DNA of 63,665 bases, the filler included, from Rozella allomycis CSF55 (taxonomy: Eukaryota): assembly GCA_000442015.1 (NCBI GenBank). It is 4 parts of 4 records of this genome, joined end to end, with 100 filler letters (N's around TTAATTAATTAA, not from the genome) between each part and the next. Parts side by side here need not be neighbours in the genome. Positions count along the whole stretch, not along the records: positions 30,429 to 62,411 come from KE560613.1; positions 62,512 to 63,665 come from KE560619.1; 2 more parts are not named here. The stretch is one strand, 5' to 3'. Of the stretch, positions 61,401 to 63,665 are shown piece by piece. The notes under the pieces are model-generated. The model made no database searches, was not told where the DNA came from, and saw nothing but the letters and a program-made list of their open reading frames with translations. Position 1 is the first letter of the stretch. The number at the start of each line of letters is the position of its first letter. A program made the translations under genes and the position numbers.

Positions 61401-62345
61401 CAAGTCCATTTGTTGGCATACAATCAACACACAATTCAAATCGCTAAATAACATCAGATATCCAATATTACCAATCCTGATTCAACCTTTTTTCTCATAC
61501 GATGGGCCCAGGCCACTCGCTCCGCATACTTGAAGGGATCTTCTGACCCAAAGTAAAAGTTTATTTTATGCGACAAAATTTCATTATCAGGATCATCTTT
61601 AGAAGTCAACTTCCACAAATTATTCTCAGCGTCATAGCCATTTACAATCACATCTATCCACTGCATTGAACCATCATAAGTGCTCAAAGATTTTGCTGGA
61701 ACAGGTACACGGGCAGTTACAATACTATTGATGTCAATTCTAGAACCATAAGGCAATGAAAGCCACTCCTCAATGGTTCTTTCATCAAACTCGGTATTGT
61801 CAAAGTAATATAGGGNCAAACTCGGTATTGTCAAAGTAATATAGGGGCAAAAAGGAAATTGTTTTGGAATTGATATCTCCTTCATTACTATCTTCAGGTA
61901 CATCAACAAAGGCATAATCATTTAAAGTCACACCAACTCTCTCCAAAAGCAAATTGACATCCTGATCGCAAAATTTTCTTTTTCTTCTCTCAATTTCAAG
62001 CTTTCTTGGTGTCCATTCAGGTCTAGACTCATACGCAATCATAACTTTAGGCTCCAAAACATTTATGGGTGGTATTTTGGCGGTAAGGTCCATGTTAGCT
62101 CTACCCTCAAGCACTTTAATACCGGGCAACTTCTTTTTCACAAGATTGTTTAGACCTATTGGTACTGATTCGTTCAAAGGTTCAACCAAAATGTCCGAGT
62201 ACATCACACGATCGCTTTTGGGGGCAATGCTGGAAAGCACGATCTTTTGTTGCGGAATGTCCAGGGCTTCTTCAAGTGACAAAATTGGTGGAGGCTGGAT
62301 CAATGGTAAGCGTTTAGGGTTAACTTTTGGTCTTTTTGGTAGCAT
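49485..62345 (-). CDS. DNAH1: Axonemal inner-arm dynein heavy chain (DNAH1-like)
   Basis: [40 protein letters not shown]-loops; C-terminal [25 protein letters not shown]-terminal [11 protein letters not shown] and [19 protein letters not shown]; ~11 introns; duplications at N 53468 and 61816. Confidence 0.9.
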
Positions 62346-62411
62346 TGGGGGATAGCAAAAAGTAAAGTAAACAAACAAAGAATGTCTTTTAGGGTACCGA
62401 TAAGAAACATT

Positions 62412-62511
62412 NNNNNNNNNNNNNNNNNNNNNNNNNNNNNNNNNNNNNNNNNNNNTTAATTAATTAANNNNNNNNNNNNNNNNNNNNNNNNNNNNNNNNN
62501 NNNNNNNNNNN
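62412..62511. other. Artificial scaffold linker
   Basis: N44-TTAATTAATTAA-N44. Confidence 0.97.
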
Positions 62512-63665
62512 CATCCTGTAATTTCGGACTTAATCTATATTGTCGGATATTCACCGCCTTGGCCGTGCCAGTATTAATTTCAACAACTGCATCTGGTGCA
62601 TTACAAAATCCCACTATTTGTGAATTGTCTTTGAGCAAAATGTCAATGTTTTGTCTCAGTTTAGATTGATATAACTTTAAGTAACTTGGGTAATAAAAAG
62701 AATCTAATTCTTTATTTTCATCAAGTTTGTTGGCAACAAATTCAAAGCTAGCATTCTGAATTTCTTCTGGGAGATTAATGATTTTGCTCTTAGCTGTCCC
62801 TATTGGCGCCGGTTCCGCAATATTATCATTTCCAGGAATATCAAATTTTTTAGATATACCACCAAGGAATATACCAATTTTAGGAAGAATATCCAAACCA
62901 AAAATACAATTAATATTTTTTTCTTTATCTTTTCCAAGGTTCATTATTTCAAATGCGTGATAAATNTCTTTATCCTTTCCAAGGTTCATTATTTCAAAAG
63001 CGTGATAAATAGTAACTCCACCATGAATAACTTTTACCTCTTCGGTGTAGCCTATACGCTTACAAGAGGCACCGGCACTAGCAAGTCCAATAGAACCATC
63101 TACTTTTGTAAATTTCAAATTTAATTCAGAAACTAAGTTCGGAGTAATAAAACTATGGGTTNGACATTATTTAAGAGTACTGGGGCATAAATATAATTTC
63201 TTACAGGGGTCTTATCAATTTTATGTTTAACGTCTGTCATACTTATGGATGGTTTCACGTCATCAAAAATCTCTTCATCAGCACTCTCAATGTAAGTTGG
63301 GTAAGATAATGTAGAATTTTCAAAATCACAAATAGTTTGTTCAATCATTTCGGAATCATCAGTTTCTAACTGGGTCGCCCTACTTTCAGGCTTTTTACGC
63401 TTAGGGAAATCATGACCAGGCTCATATTTCTGACCACATCCATGAAAGCTCATTTTAGCATCATTTTTCATTTTGACATCTTTTGAACTGAAATCTCCCT
63501 CAAAAGGCTTCTCACCGGTCTTCTTCGACTTCAGTAAGGTTCGACATTGACTTGTTGTATGCGAATCGTTCTCACCATGAAAATCACAATGCAATTCCGG
63601 AATTTTCCGAAATTTTTTTCTTCTCGCATTTGAACCCTGGCAAGATGAACAACTTAATAGACAAT
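62512..63665 (-). mobile_element. Ty3/Gypsy LTR-retrotransposon gag-pol fragment
   Basis: CDFHGENDSHTTSQC Zn-knuckle-like motif, aspartic protease region (APVLLNN..IFGLDILPKIGI), start of RT (EINTGTAKAVNIRQYRLSP). Confidence 0.8.

Noticed and set aside
52365-61533. Many plus-strand ORFs over the dynein gene
   Set aside because: Antisense shadows caused by biased codon usage; no protein motifs
3043-62345. Stop-codon reassignment as explanation for fragmented ORFs
   Set aside because: Breaks coincide with small introns; long exons (H2A, GST, dynein) read normally and end in standard stops

Overview
AT-rich, very compact eukaryotic DNA made of four scaffold pieces joined by artificial N44-TTAATTAATTAA-N44 linkers (23035-23134, 30329-30428, 62412-62511), plus several single-N joins, many of which duplicate allelic sequence. 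Genes are packed tightly and split by tiny (~25-35 nt) spliceosomal introns. The content (axonemal dynein, CatSper, CAP59-type mannosyltransferase, SQEL-tailed H2A, cullin-2, CNOT11) points to a flagellated early-diverging fungus; Rozella-like is my inference, not something proven here. About 35 protein genes, 3 tRNAs and several transposon relics are recognisable. The strongest unusual signal is a recurring class of modal-length introns in conserved genes (MMSDH, CUL2, VPS15 in both copies, CNOT11 twice, possibly RIC8) that begin with a normal GTAA donor but restore the conserved protein with a TG acceptor instead of AG, suggesting routine GT-TG splicing. Other notable items: a metazoan-type histone 3' stem-loop, a heme-binding animal-type CBS N-terminus, a CatSper4-like channel, a degenerate telomeric array enclosed by ~39-bp inverted repeats next to a minimal MCM helicase, and duplicated gene segments whose introns have diverged far more than their exons. 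All gene models and family calls were read by eye, with no database searches.
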